DNA of 63,749 nucleotides, counting the filler, from Myxococcota bacterium (lineage in GTDB: Bacteria; Myxococcota_C; UBA6777): assembly GCA_023150835.1 (NCBI GenBank). It is 3 parts of 3 records of this genome, joined end to end, with 100 filler letters (N's around TTAATTAATTAA, not from the genome) between each part and the next. Parts side by side here need not be neighbours in the genome. Positions count along the whole stretch, not along the records: positions 1 to 28,955 come from JAKLKB010000085.1; 2 more parts are not named here. The stretch is one strand, 5' to 3'. The notes under the pieces are model-generated. The model saw only the letters and a list, made by a program, of their open reading frames with translations. It had not been told where the DNA came from and searched no databases. Made by a program: the position numbers and the translations under genes. This document shows, one piece after another, positions 10,318 through 19,396 of the stretch. Numbering within the stretch: the first letter of the stretch is position 1; each line of letters starts with the position of its first letter.

Positions 10318-12405
10318 GTGACGATCTTAGCCCAAACATCGCTACTGTCCGCATTGATCACAGGCTCTATCGCCTTCTCGATCTTTTTGCGTGGACGCCG
10401 CACCAAAGCGCAGTCGTATTTTGCTTATTTCAACATCAACCTGTGCGCAGCGTTGCTTGCGACCTTTTTGATCAGCCTCGGCGATCTACTCGGAAGCATC
10501 GGACTTCACAGCTTGATGCTTCTTTCGTTGGGCTTGCCTGTGACGGGGCTGCGGTTTTTTGCGCTGTTCTTGCCCGATCTCGAAAAGGCTGTCTCTCGGA
10601 TGCTTGGGATCTGTTATCCGCTCACTGTGGTGTTTGCGGGGATCGCCGTCACACCTCTTTCACGAAACTTGATCTTGCTTTCTGCCCACATCGCTTATGT
10701 CTTGCTGATCTTTACGCTGTGTTTCTTGTTTATCTTCCTACGCTACCAAGCCTCCGAAAAGCCCGGAGAACGCACTCGACTGCGACCTGTCGGTTATGGC
10801 GGATTCATCGTCATCACCCTGATCATCCTCGACCTCGTGTCGTACCAACTCGACTGGCCTTATGTCTTTCTCGCAAACATCGGACTGGCCGTCTATATGT
10901 ACTACACCCTCCAGATCCTTTTGACCGTCCACGCCTTCGATATCTCGGAGCTGATCGGAAAAGGCGTTGTCTTGGGTGTGTTGTCTTTCGTTCTTGCGAT
11001 GATCTTCTGGCTATTGACTTTTTGGGCCGACACCAAACAGATCGGCTCCTTCTTTTTTAGCGTTCTTGTGGCATCGATCGTGATCCTGATCCTCTACGAT
11101 CCGCTCAAACACGAAGTCGAAGCCCGCGCTGCCGAATTCTTTTTTCGCCAAAAACGCGAACTCCGCATCCTGATCGAGCGGCTGCGCCGCGATCTTGTGA
11201 ACGTCATCGACCTCGAAAAAACGGCCCGCATCATCGTCACCACCCTCGAACGCTCGGGCCGCGCCACCCACGCCTCGTTTTATCTCCTACGCGAAGACGG
11301 CAGCGGATACGAACGCCTCAGTTGGGCGGGTAAACAACCGATCTACCTGATCGAAAAAGGCCGTCATGCCTCGTTTTTGCAAAACCTGCAAGAAAGCCTC
11401 GGCCCCGTCATCAAACAAGACCTCGAATTCCGCTACACCTCGTCCTTGTTTCATCTGCGCGGTGAAGGCGAAAATCTCCACGAAGAAGAACGCTTGTTGG
11501 AGATATTGCGCACCCTTGAACAACTTCACGCTGATTACTCTCTCCCTTGTATCGGCTCCGATCAAGAGATCCTTGGCTTTATCAACCTCAAAGACGACCG
11601 CTTCGAAGATTCCTACTCCCAAGAAGAACTCTCCTTTATCATGATGGTTGCCGCACAAGCCGCGATCACCATCGAAAACTCCCGTATCTTCGAGCAAGTC
11701 AAAGAACGTGAACGCCTCGCCGCCCTCGGTGAAATGTCTGCTGGGCTCGCTCACGAGATCCGCAATCCCCTCGGAGCCATCAAAGGTGCTGCCCAACTTC
11801 TTGACCCCAAAAACCTCGATGAAAGCGACCGAGAGATGCTTTCCATCATCCTCGAAGAAGTCGATCGCTTAAATAGCGTCGTCTCCCAATTCCTCGACTA
11901 CGCACGACCGATGCGCAGCGGCTTTGAACTGACCGATATCCACCAAATCCTCAAACGCACCAGCCAACTCTTCGACGCCGAATTCGCCGATACCCAGCGC
12001 AAACTCACCCTCCATCTCGATGAGGATGTCCCCCTGATCTACGCTGACGCCGAAAAACTTAAACAAGTCTTCATCAACTTGATCCGCAATAGCCTCGAAG
12101 CCATCGAAGAAAACAACGGACACATCGCGATCACCACCCACCTCACCCACGAACACGAAGCCCCCTACATCGAACTGATCTTTGATGACGATGGCCCCGG
12201 CATCCCCCTCGCTGTCATGAAAAACCTCTTCATCCCATTCTTTACCACCAAAGACAAAGGCACAGGACTCGGCCTCAGCATCTGTCAACGCATCATCGAA
12301 TCCCACGACGGCACCATCCAAGTCCAATCCAGCCCAGAACAAGGCGCTCGCTTTGTCATCCGCCTCCCTGTCCAACGCACCCCTCCACCCCGAATCGACC
12401 CGTAA
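10318..12405 (+). CDS. membrane sensor histidine kinase (multi-TM, GAF-like, HisKA, HATPase)
   Basis: H-box LAHEIRNPL, N-box QVFINLIRN, G1 DDGPGI, F-box FIPFFTTK, G2 GTGLGL. Confidence 0.95.
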   Translation: MTILAQTSLLSALITGSIAFSIFLRGRRTKAQSYFAYFNINLCAALLATFLISLGDLLGSIGLHSLMLLSLGLPVTGLRFFALFLPDLEKAVSRMLGICYPLTVVFAGIAVTPLSRNLILLSAHIAYVLLIFTLCFLFIFLRYQASEKPGERTRLRPVGYGGFIVITLIILDLVSYQLDWPYVFLANIGLAVYMYYTLQILLTVHAFDISELIGKGVVLGVLSFVLAMIFWLLTFWADTKQIGSFFFSVLVASIVILILYDPLKHEVEARAAEFFFRQKRELRILIERLRRDLVNVIDLEKTARIIVTTLERSGRATHASFYLLREDGSGYERLSWAGKQPIYLIEKGRHASFLQNLQESLGPVIKQDLEFRYTSSLFHLRGEGENLHEEERLLEILRTLEQLHADYSLPCIGSDQEILGFINLKDDRFEDSYSQEELSFIMMVAAQAAITIENSRIFEQVKERERLAALGEMSAGLAHEIRNPLGAIKGAAQLLDPKNLDESDREMLSIILEEVDRLNSVVSQFLDYARPMRSGFELTDIHQILKRTSQLFDAEFADTQRKLTLHLDEDVPLIYADAEKLKQVFINLIRNSLEAIEENNGHIAITTHLTHEHEAPYIELIFDDDGPGIPLAVMKNLFIPFFTTKDKGTGLGLSICQRIIESHDGTIQVQSSPEQGARFVIRLPVQRTPPPRIDP

Positions 12406-12417
12406 AGAAGGGTCGGG

Positions 12418-12498
12418 GCGATCCGTTGTAGACGCCCGATGGTCGGGCAGTCACAGGGGGCTGCCCCTACCGATCACACCCCGGACGGATTTCGTATG
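12418..12498 (-). repeat. REP/MITE family A copy (short subtype)
   Basis: gtagacgccc...gggcagtcacagggggctgcccctac...cggatttcgtat. Confidence 0.8.
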
Positions 12499-12660
12499 AC
12501 GCAGTCTCTCCCACCCCAACACCCGCTCGCCACCACCACCCTTTCCCCTACGAACCTCCGCGATCGCGCCTAAAAAATCATGCCGCAAGAACACTTGCCT
12601 CTTGTACTCTTTTTTTAACGTGCGTACACTGTCCTGTCATCGTCTTGTGAGGAGTGTGTC

Positions 12661-14889
12661 ATGTCGTTGTCGCAAGTTTGTGAAGTCCTTTCTCGTTGTG
12701 GTGTGGTGGGTCCTTGTCTTCAGCAAAGCCTTGCCCCTGCCCTTGAAGTCTGCCTCGCCTCTCATCCCCTTCGCCCCCTTCTTTATCTCTCCGCTTCTTC
12801 TTACGAAGGCGAAGAACTCGCGCAAAAACTTCATCGCGCCAGCACTCTGCTCTACCAACGCGAAGGACGCTTCGTTTCTCTCCAAGCCGCGACTCTCCTT
12901 CAACACCTCCAAGAACAACGCCCCCTCCAACAACTCACCTACAGCGACGGGGCCACCCTTTTTGTCCATCAGCTCGAAGCCCTTGCCACCGCGCAACGCT
13001 CACAACTCTGGCAGGCCCTTCGACACGATCCCCTCCTTCTCTCTGGGCGGATCTGGCTGCTCGCCTGCTCTCAACAACTCGACCTCGAACACGCCGAACA
13101 CTCCATCGCTTCCGACTTCTTTGGCCGCATCCTCTCTCTCCCTCCGCTCTACCAACGCGGCCCCGATATCGACGCGATCCTCTGCGACTTTACCCAACAA
13201 TGGCTCAAACGCCACAAGCTCAAACAGTTCCAAGGCTTTTCCCTCGAAGCCATCGCCCACATCCACCGCGCTGTTCTTCAAACCAAACAACAAACCCCAC
13301 CACTCCTCGCCTTCCTCGAACAACTCCTCCACAAAGCCTCCCAACAACAAATCCCCACACACGAAGGACACATCGTCGCTTGGACCACCGTCCGCGCCCT
13401 CGAAGATGCGTGGGGATACCGCATGATCGGCGGCGATTCCCAAGTCCAAGATATCCAACAATACGACTTCCAAGAACGCCTCTTTGCCGCAGCCCTCGAA
13501 TACGCCGCATGGAAAAGCCCCTTTTCCCGCGAACTCCTCGAACTCCAAACCACCCTCCTACGCAAAGTCATCGACGAACTCCCACCCCACCAACGCAACT
13601 ACCAAGGCGTCACCGCTCACCTCGATCACCTCCTCTGGCTCAGTATGAAACTCCTCAGCGGCGCTCGCACACAAGCCGAACTCCGCGACTTCTTCGGCTT
13701 TGGCTCCGAAGGCAAGATCCCCAAAGCCACCGCCAAACTCAAATTCGATCAATACCAACTCGATCAATTCGGCTTCCGACCCAACGACCCCCTCCCATGG
13801 AATGATGCCGATGCCCCCGGACTCCATGTCCGCCCCCTCCTCTTCGCTCAAAACGACTTCCCGCTCTCCGACAGCCAACCCCACCTCCCCGCCATATCCT
13901 CGCCCTCTTCCCCCCACTTCGCCGCCCTACCATCCGAAGCATCCAACGCATCCACACGCACCGATCGATTCGCCAAAATGGATCACCCTATAGACAAAAA
14001 CGTCGAAACATCCGCACTCATCGACCAATTCGCCAAAACGGATCACTCTATAAACCAAAACGCCGAAACATCCGCACTCACCACCCCCACTCCCGAACAG
14101 ACTACCCCCGACTCCCGCAGTCGCTTCGATATCTCAGGCGAGATCGAAGAAACACTCTTCCTTTTGCACCAAGATCTCCTCACCGTACTCGCCGCAGATG
14201 CCCTCACACTCGAACAGATCGCAACACTCCTAGGCGAGTCCGTCCCCCAAACCCTCGCCACACTCGAACAGCTCATCGACTACGGCCTGCTCGAACAAAA
14301 CGACCTCCGCTACGCCCCACCCACCCACGATCTCTATTATATGCACAAACACTCCAAACTCCGCTTTATGGAAGAAAATCTCTCTCGCCGCCTTGGAGCC
14401 GCCTTCCAAGCCGGTGACAACGCCATCCTCGAAAATCACTTCCTCCGCCTCCCTGACAGCGGACTCCCCCACCTCCGAAAACAACTGCTCGATCCTTTTG
14501 TCTTCCAAAAGCTCCTCCCCCGCGCCGATACCCAAGAGATCTTCCCCGAAGATCGCCCCTATACCAAACGCATATATGCCCTCGTTCTCCTCGGAACCAA
14601 TCGACTCAACACCGATATCCACAGCCGCACACCACTCCAACAGCGCGTCCTCTACTACTTCCGCGAAGCCTGCCTCCAACGTGCTGATCAACGACACAAA
14701 GATCAGGCCATCTGCCTTCAAGCCACCCTCATGCTCGACCCACACACCGCACCCCTCTGCATCCAAGACCTCCAAGGTCTCCGCAAACAAACCCGACAAT
14801 ATCTCCCGCAAGGACGCGGAAATAAACCCAATTTCAACCTGACGTATTGCTTTACCGAAGTCCCGCTCTCATTTCAAAAACCTGCGTGA
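12661..14889 (+). CDS. degenerate sigma54-interaction (bEBP AAA+-like) domain protein with a C-terminal winged-HTH-like region
   Basis: Collinear decayed bEBP motifs: LYLSASSYEGEELAQKLH, RFVSLQAATL, TLFVHQLEAL, DFFGRILSLPPLYQRGPDI, GFSLEA, TTVRALE. HTH-like LTLEQIATLLGESVPQTLATLEQLIDYGLLE. Confidence 0.7.
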   Translation: MSLSQVCEVLSRCGVVGPCLQQSLAPALEVCLASHPLRPLLYLSASSYEGEELAQKLHRASTLLYQREGRFVSLQAATLLQHLQEQRPLQQLTYSDGATLFVHQLEALATAQRSQLWQALRHDPLLLSGRIWLLACSQQLDLEHAEHSIASDFFGRILSLPPLYQRGPDIDAILCDFTQQWLKRHKLKQFQGFSLEAIAHIHRAVLQTKQQTPPLLAFLEQLLHKASQQQIPTHEGHIVAWTTVRALEDAWGYRMIGGDSQVQDIQQYDFQERLFAAALEYAAWKSPFSRELLELQTTLLRKVIDELPPHQRNYQGVTAHLDHLLWLSMKLLSGARTQAELRDFFGFGSEGKIPKATAKLKFDQYQLDQFGFRPNDPLPWNDADAPGLHVRPLLFAQNDFPLSDSQPHLPAISSPSSPHFAALPSEASNASTRTDRFAKMDHPIDKNVETSALIDQFAKTDHSINQNAETSALTTPTPEQTTPDSRSRFDISGEIEETLFLLHQDLLTVLAADALTLEQIATLLGESVPQTLATLEQLIDYGLLEQNDLRYAPPTHDLYYMHKHSKLRFMEENLSRRLGAAFQAGDNAILENHFLRLPDSGLPHLRKQLLDPFVFQKLLPRADTQEIFPEDRPYTKRIYALVLLGTNRLNTDIHSRTPLQQRVLYYFREACLQRADQRHKDQAICLQATLMLDPHTAPLCIQDLQGLRKQTRQYLPQGRGNKPNFNLTYCFTEVPLSFQKPA

Positions 14890-15049
14890 CCTCAAAAGAT
14901 GCGATAAAAGACACCCAAAACGCACACTCTGCACACACTCTTACGCACAGCAAAGAATGTCAAACATGAGGCATCTTTCTTCCTCACCCTTTGAAGTTTG
15001 ATGCCCACAAAAATACAAACCTCGATAACCGATAACGGAGACTTTTTCC

Positions 15050-15676
15050 ATGAAACGAATCTGGTGGTTGAGCGCTCTCGGACTCAGCTTCATCCTCACA
15101 CAACCCGCCAAAGGTGGCGGCATCGTCCAAGAAATGAATGTCGCTCCCAACGACCTCACTCAACAAAGCGCCACCACACCACAACACCACCGCGCTCCCA
15201 ACACTCCACCCTCCAAACGCGAAACCTCCACCCCAGATGGCATACAGCCCCAATCCAACAACCACTGCGCAACACCCGTTCGGATCGAACAACTCCCCTC
15301 CGAACGCAGCACCCGCATCTCTTGGAAAAGCTACAACCCTCAAGGCAAACAACCCGTCAAATACCTGATCTACCGACGCACCGAAGAAGGCGGTTGGGAA
15401 CTGATCGGCGAAGTTGACGGCTCCACCTTCTCTTTTACCGACCGCGATCTCCCCCAAGCCAACCGCTATTCTTATCGCGTCGTCGCCGTCTATGAACTCG
15501 AAAGCGGCAACTTCCAACGCTTCCAATATCCCTCCCAAAGCATCACCCTCCAACAAACCCTCGAACCCATCGGCGGTATCGGCTGCCAAGCCACCCCTTG
15601 GCAACACGCCCCCTCTCTTTTCTTCCTCTTGTTCCTGATCCCCTTGTTGCGTAGACGCCCTTCTGCACAACCCTAA
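15050..15676 (+). CDS. secreted fibronectin-III-like protein with a MYXO-CTERM-like sorting tail
   Basis: Signal peptide; ISW..Y.IYR..FTD..YSYRVVAV FN3 pattern; C-terminal GIGC-linker-hydrophobic-RRR. Confidence 0.75.
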   Translation: MKRIWWLSALGLSFILTQPAKGGGIVQEMNVAPNDLTQQSATTPQHHRAPNTPPSKRETSTPDGIQPQSNNHCATPVRIEQLPSERSTRISWKSYNPQGKQPVKYLIYRRTEEGGWELIGEVDGSTFSFTDRDLPQANRYSYRVVAVYELESGNFQRFQYPSQSITLQQTLEPIGGIGCQATPWQHAPSLFFLLFLIPLLRRRPSAQP

Positions 15677-15762
15677 CATCATCGAAAATCCCCTTCCAAC
15701 CGCCAACATCGTGCATTTGTTCACACCAAACCAACAAATGCCTCCCACCATACGGCCAAAAC

Positions 15763-16584
15763 ATGATCATCCCTTTCTCCGCTCACTATCGCAAAACACT
15801 CTCTTCCCTTTTCTATCGCAAAACACTCTCCTCCCTTCTGTTTGTTTTTTTCGCAGCATTCGCTCTTTGCGCGTGCTCTAGCAACGGGCAAGTCGCCTTT
15901 GTCGTCGAAGGCATCGCACCTTCCGCAGGTGGAAGCTTCACCAATCGCCTCAGCTTCCGCATCGATCCCAAGACCCTTCGCCTCGTCCTTGGCGACCTTC
16001 AACTCGGGCGTACCGACCCCGCACAAGACCTCCAATCCTTCGACTCTCTCCCTCCTCTCCTCACTCCCGGCCAAGCGGTCGATCCTTCCGAGATCGGTAA
16101 AGAGGGCCGATTCCCCGGAATGACCGTCGTCAACCTGCTCCCGGGCGCCACCACCACCGAAAATATCCTCCCCCAAGGCCGCGCTCCTGCCGATACTTGG
16201 AAAGAAGCCCGTCTGCGCTTTGCCCCCGCCGTTGTCGGTGTCCGTGGCGTCAACTCCCAAGATCCGCTCTTTCAACGCACCCTACTGTTTGAAGCCGTCG
16301 TCCAAAAAGATACCACCCTCCGATGTGATCTCCTGATCCAAATCCCCTTCCAAATGGGAGTAGCTCTCCGCATCCAGCCCTTTACCGTCCAACCCAACGG
16401 ACAACACACCAACAAGATCCGCTTCGATTACGCCAAATGGTTCGAGGACATCAACTTTGAATCCGTCTGCGCCGGAGCCAAAGCAACTGTCATCGTCAAC
16501 GAAACCCAAAACACCGCCATATTCGACCAGATCCGCACCGCCATCCCCTCCTCCATCTCCTTTCAATTCAGCGCCGGCCAATAA
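15763..16584 (+). CDS. hypothetical lipoprotein
   Basis: Hydrophobic signal ending ALCACSS, beta-rich mature part and host-like codon usage. Confidence 0.7.
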   Translation: MIIPFSAHYRKTLSSLFYRKTLSSLLFVFFAAFALCACSSNGQVAFVVEGIAPSAGGSFTNRLSFRIDPKTLRLVLGDLQLGRTDPAQDLQSFDSLPPLLTPGQAVDPSEIGKEGRFPGMTVVNLLPGATTTENILPQGRAPADTWKEARLRFAPAVVGVRGVNSQDPLFQRTLLFEAVVQKDTTLRCDLLIQIPFQMGVALRIQPFTVQPNGQHTNKIRFDYAKWFEDINFESVCAGAKATVIVNETQNTAIFDQIRTAIPSSISFQFSAGQ

Positions 16585-16766
16585 CCTTCCGCCAAATTTC
16601 ACAAACCCCCCTCACTAAACTCACGCACCTATGGCATCGGTTTCATAGTTTCGTCATGGAGGGTTTCTCTCTCCGTGAGCGCGTGGCTTGAAAGAACGTG
16701 TCCGCGCACAGATTTCCTCTTTTCTTTTAGGAAGATGCAACTTTCTTGCTTTCTCCTGTCGCGCTG

Positions 16767-16782
16767 TGGCACATCCGTTGCT
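16767..16782 (+). promoter_or_regulatory. sigma54 (-24/-12) promoter
   Basis: TGGCAC-ATCCG-TTGCT matches the TGGCAC-N5-TTGCW consensus exactly. It is intergenic and lies 28 nt before a strong RBS. Confidence 0.75.
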
Positions 16783-16824
16783 TAGCGTTCGGCTGGATGG
16801 ATTGCTTTACGAGGAGGAGTGGCG

Positions 16825-16974
16825 ATGATGTACATCATTTTGTCGATTGTTGTGTACTTGACGGCTTGCAAGTTGTTGGACCTTGACGACACGGATGACA
16901 ACAAGATCCAACAACCTGTTTTTTCCGGCCACGCTGATCCTCCACAAGACCCACAAACACCCCCTCAACACTAA
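16825..16974 (+). CDS. small 49-aa lipoprotein-like peptide (absent from the ORF track)
   Basis: RBS GAGGAGGAG at 16811-16819. Sequence MMYIILSIVVYLTACKLLDLDDTDDNKIQQPVFSGHADPPQDPQTPPQH*, with an LTAC lipobox-like motif. Confidence 0.6.
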   Translation: MMYIILSIVVYLTACKLLDLDDTDDNKIQQPVFSGHADPPQDPQTPPQH

Positions 16975-17023
16975 CCACCAACACCCCCTCAACACTAACC
17001 ACCAACCCCCCCCATCACCTCGT

Positions 17024-17443
17024 ATGTACACTGTGATCGAAGAACGCACCTTCCAAGCCTATCACGCGATCCAATATCCCGACGGAACATGGGAAGAGTC
17101 CCACTGCCACGATTGGCTGCTGCGCGTCCATGTTTGCGCCTACGAACTGGATCGCGTTCATCTTGTGATTGACTTTCTTGTACTCCAAGCCATGATCAAC
17201 CGCACCCTCGCACCTTTCGAGGGCCAGCATATCAACGAGATTTCGCCTTTTTCCCAAGGGATCAGCCCTTCAACAGAGTTTCTTGCGCGACTGTTTTTTG
17301 ATACGTTGGCCGCGCAACTCCGCGAGCCGCGTGTTTGGTTGCACAAAGTCGAATTGCGCGAAGCCCTAACCTCTTGGGCTGTCTACGAAGTCGCCCATCC
17401 TCCCCGACATTCCGTCCCTTCCGACAAGGAGCCCTCTGCATGA
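17024..17443 (+). CDS. 6-pyruvoyl-tetrahydropterin synthase / QueD family protein (Glu-type variant)
   Basis: F.A.H...HCH Zn ligands, VIDF, PSTE.LA and C-terminal V.L.E...S.A.Y. Confidence 0.8.
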   Translation: MYTVIEERTFQAYHAIQYPDGTWEESHCHDWLLRVHVCAYELDRVHLVIDFLVLQAMINRTLAPFEGQHINEISPFSQGISPSTEFLARLFFDTLAAQLREPRVWLHKVELREALTSWAVYEVAHPPRHSVPSDKEPSA

Positions 17444-19116
17444 ATGCAACATGGCGGATCACCCGCCTCTTTGGGTCACTTGGTCTGGCGCTGCTGTTGG
17501 TTCTCAGCGTCGACACATGGCTTGGCTGCCTCCCCGAAGCCAGCACCAAAGAGCCTCCAACCTCCCGCCCCGCGCCGATCACCCCACAAGATGGGTGGTG
17601 GCGCGATGCTGTTTTTTACCAGATCTTTTTGCGCAGCTTCAAAGACTCCGATGGCGATGGCATCGGTGACTTTGAAGGGCTAATCCGTCAACTCGATTAT
17701 CTCAACGACGGAAAGCCCGAAACCACCGATGATCTCGGTGTGACGGCGATCTGGCTTCTGCCTGTCTTCTCGTCCCCCAGTTATCACGGCTACGACACCA
17801 CCGATTACCGCCAGATCAACAAGCCCTACGGAACCAACGAGACCTTTGCGCGCTTCGTCCAAGAAGCCCACAAACGCGGGATCAAGGTCGTCTTGGATCT
17901 GGTGATCAATCATACATCCTCGCAACATCCTTGGTTTCTCGCTTCTCAAGATCCCGCGTCTTCGTACCGCCCTTGGTATGTTTGGCGCTCCGATAACCCG
18001 GGCTGGACACAGCCTTGGGGATCGGGTTCCGTCTGGCACCCCAGCGGCGGGGCCTATTACTACGGGATCTTCTGGAAAGGTATGCCTGATCTCAACTTCC
18101 AACACGAACCTGTCCGAAAAGAAATCACCTCATTGGCCCAACATTGGCTCAAAGCAGGCGTGGATGGATACCGACTGGACGCCGCACGTTACATCGTCGC
18201 CAACGGAGCCGGCCAACTCCAAAGCGACCAGCCCGAAACCCTCGATTACTGGCGCAGTTTCCGCAACGACGTCAAACAAACCCGCAACGACGCCGTCTTG
18301 ATCGGCGAAGTCTGGAGCGACACCGCTTCCATCGAAAAGTATTGCAAAGGCGATCAACTCGACCTCGCCTTTCACTTCCCGATGGCAGAATCGATCTATC
18401 TCGCGATCACCGCCATGTCCAACGAAGCCCTTTGGAAAACCATCCAACAATCTCAGAACTACCCGCTCTCCTGTTGGGCCCCATTCCTCACCAACCACGA
18501 CCAGATCCGCATCATGTCCCGCCTACGCCAAGATCTGCCCATGATGCGCAACGCCGCCAAGATCCTGCTCACTCTCCCCGGAACTCCCTTTGTCTACTAT
18601 GGCGAAGAATTCGGTATGCTCAACGGAAACAACCGCAACGACGAGGCCAAACGCACACCCTTCGCATGGAACGCCTCCCCAAACGGCGGCTTTACCACAG
18701 GCACACCGTGGGAACCCCTTACACCCCACGACACCGCCAACGTCACTTCCCAATCCAAAGACCCCCAATCTCTGCTTTCTCTCTACCGCAAACTCATCCA
18801 TCTGCGAAACCAACAACCTGCTCTCCGACGCGGTGATATCCGCAAGATCGACCTCGTTGGAAGCCCGCAAGAAGAGATATTTGCCGCCCTTCGCTCCTAC
18901 AACAACGAACGTATCGCCGTCTTCCTCAACCTCTCCGACAAATCCCTCGATGCGATCTCGCTTTCCCTCCCCACCACAAAAACTCCCCACATCCTTTTCT
19001 CCGAAGGCAACCCCGAGATCCTCGCGCCCTCCACACAACCCACCACCCAACCTTCGGCCTCTGCGATCCTCTCTCTCAAACTCCCCGCCAACGCCGCACT
19101 CATCCTCAAACTCTAA
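17440..19116 (+). CDS. GH13 alpha-amylase/alpha-glucosidase family glycoside hydrolase (probably a lipoprotein)
   Basis: FYQIFLRSFKDSDGDGIGD, DLVINH, DGYRLDA, GEVW, FLTNHD and YYGEE; WLGC lipobox-like motif; ATGA overlap with the upstream gene. Confidence 0.93.
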   Translation: MNATWRITRLFGSLGLALLLVLSVDTWLGCLPEASTKEPPTSRPAPITPQDGWWRDAVFYQIFLRSFKDSDGDGIGDFEGLIRQLDYLNDGKPETTDDLGVTAIWLLPVFSSPSYHGYDTTDYRQINKPYGTNETFARFVQEAHKRGIKVVLDLVINHTSSQHPWFLASQDPASSYRPWYVWRSDNPGWTQPWGSGSVWHPSGGAYYYGIFWKGMPDLNFQHEPVRKEITSLAQHWLKAGVDGYRLDAARYIVANGAGQLQSDQPETLDYWRSFRNDVKQTRNDAVLIGEVWSDTASIEKYCKGDQLDLAFHFPMAESIYLAITAMSNEALWKTIQQSQNYPLSCWAPFLTNHDQIRIMSRLRQDLPMMRNAAKILLTLPGTPFVYYGEEFGMLNGNNRNDEAKRTPFAWNASPNGGFTTGTPWEPLTPHDTANVTSQSKDPQSLLSLYRKLIHLRNQQPALRRGDIRKIDLVGSPQEEIFAALRSYNNERIAVFLNLSDKSLDAISLSLPTTKTPHILFSEGNPEILAPSTQPTTQPSASAILSLKLPANAALILKL

Positions 19117-19232
19117 CGCAAACGACGATGGCTCCGACATCAAGAGCCGCAGCCCCTTGTCTTGCACGAGCTTTCGCCCTAGCCTTTGTCCGCACAAACG
19201 GCCTCTTTATCGATCTTGGGCTTTGGCAACCC

Positions 19233-19348
19233 GCGAATACAAAACCCGCTCGTTGTGTGATCGTAAAGACGTAGGGGCAGTGGCTGCCCAAGAATAGGGC
19301 GTCTACGTACTATCCTTTGTGTGCGCGTCTCTCGGATATCGTATTCGC
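19233..19348 (+). repeat. REP/MITE family A copy with an internal deletion
   Basis: gcgaatac...gtaggggcagtggctgcccaagaatagggcgtctac...cggatatcgtattcgc. Confidence 0.8.
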
Positions 19349-19396
19349 CTTCTTTCCCAAAGAGGTGTTGATCTTTCCCGTCAATCGGAGGTTTGG

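Noticed and set aside
16630..16710. Riboswitch (preQ1 or Moco) upstream of the QueD-like gene
   Set aside because: Two small stems are possible, but I recognised no aptamer consensus, and the region lies upstream of the sigma54 promoter. An Rfam scan would settle it.
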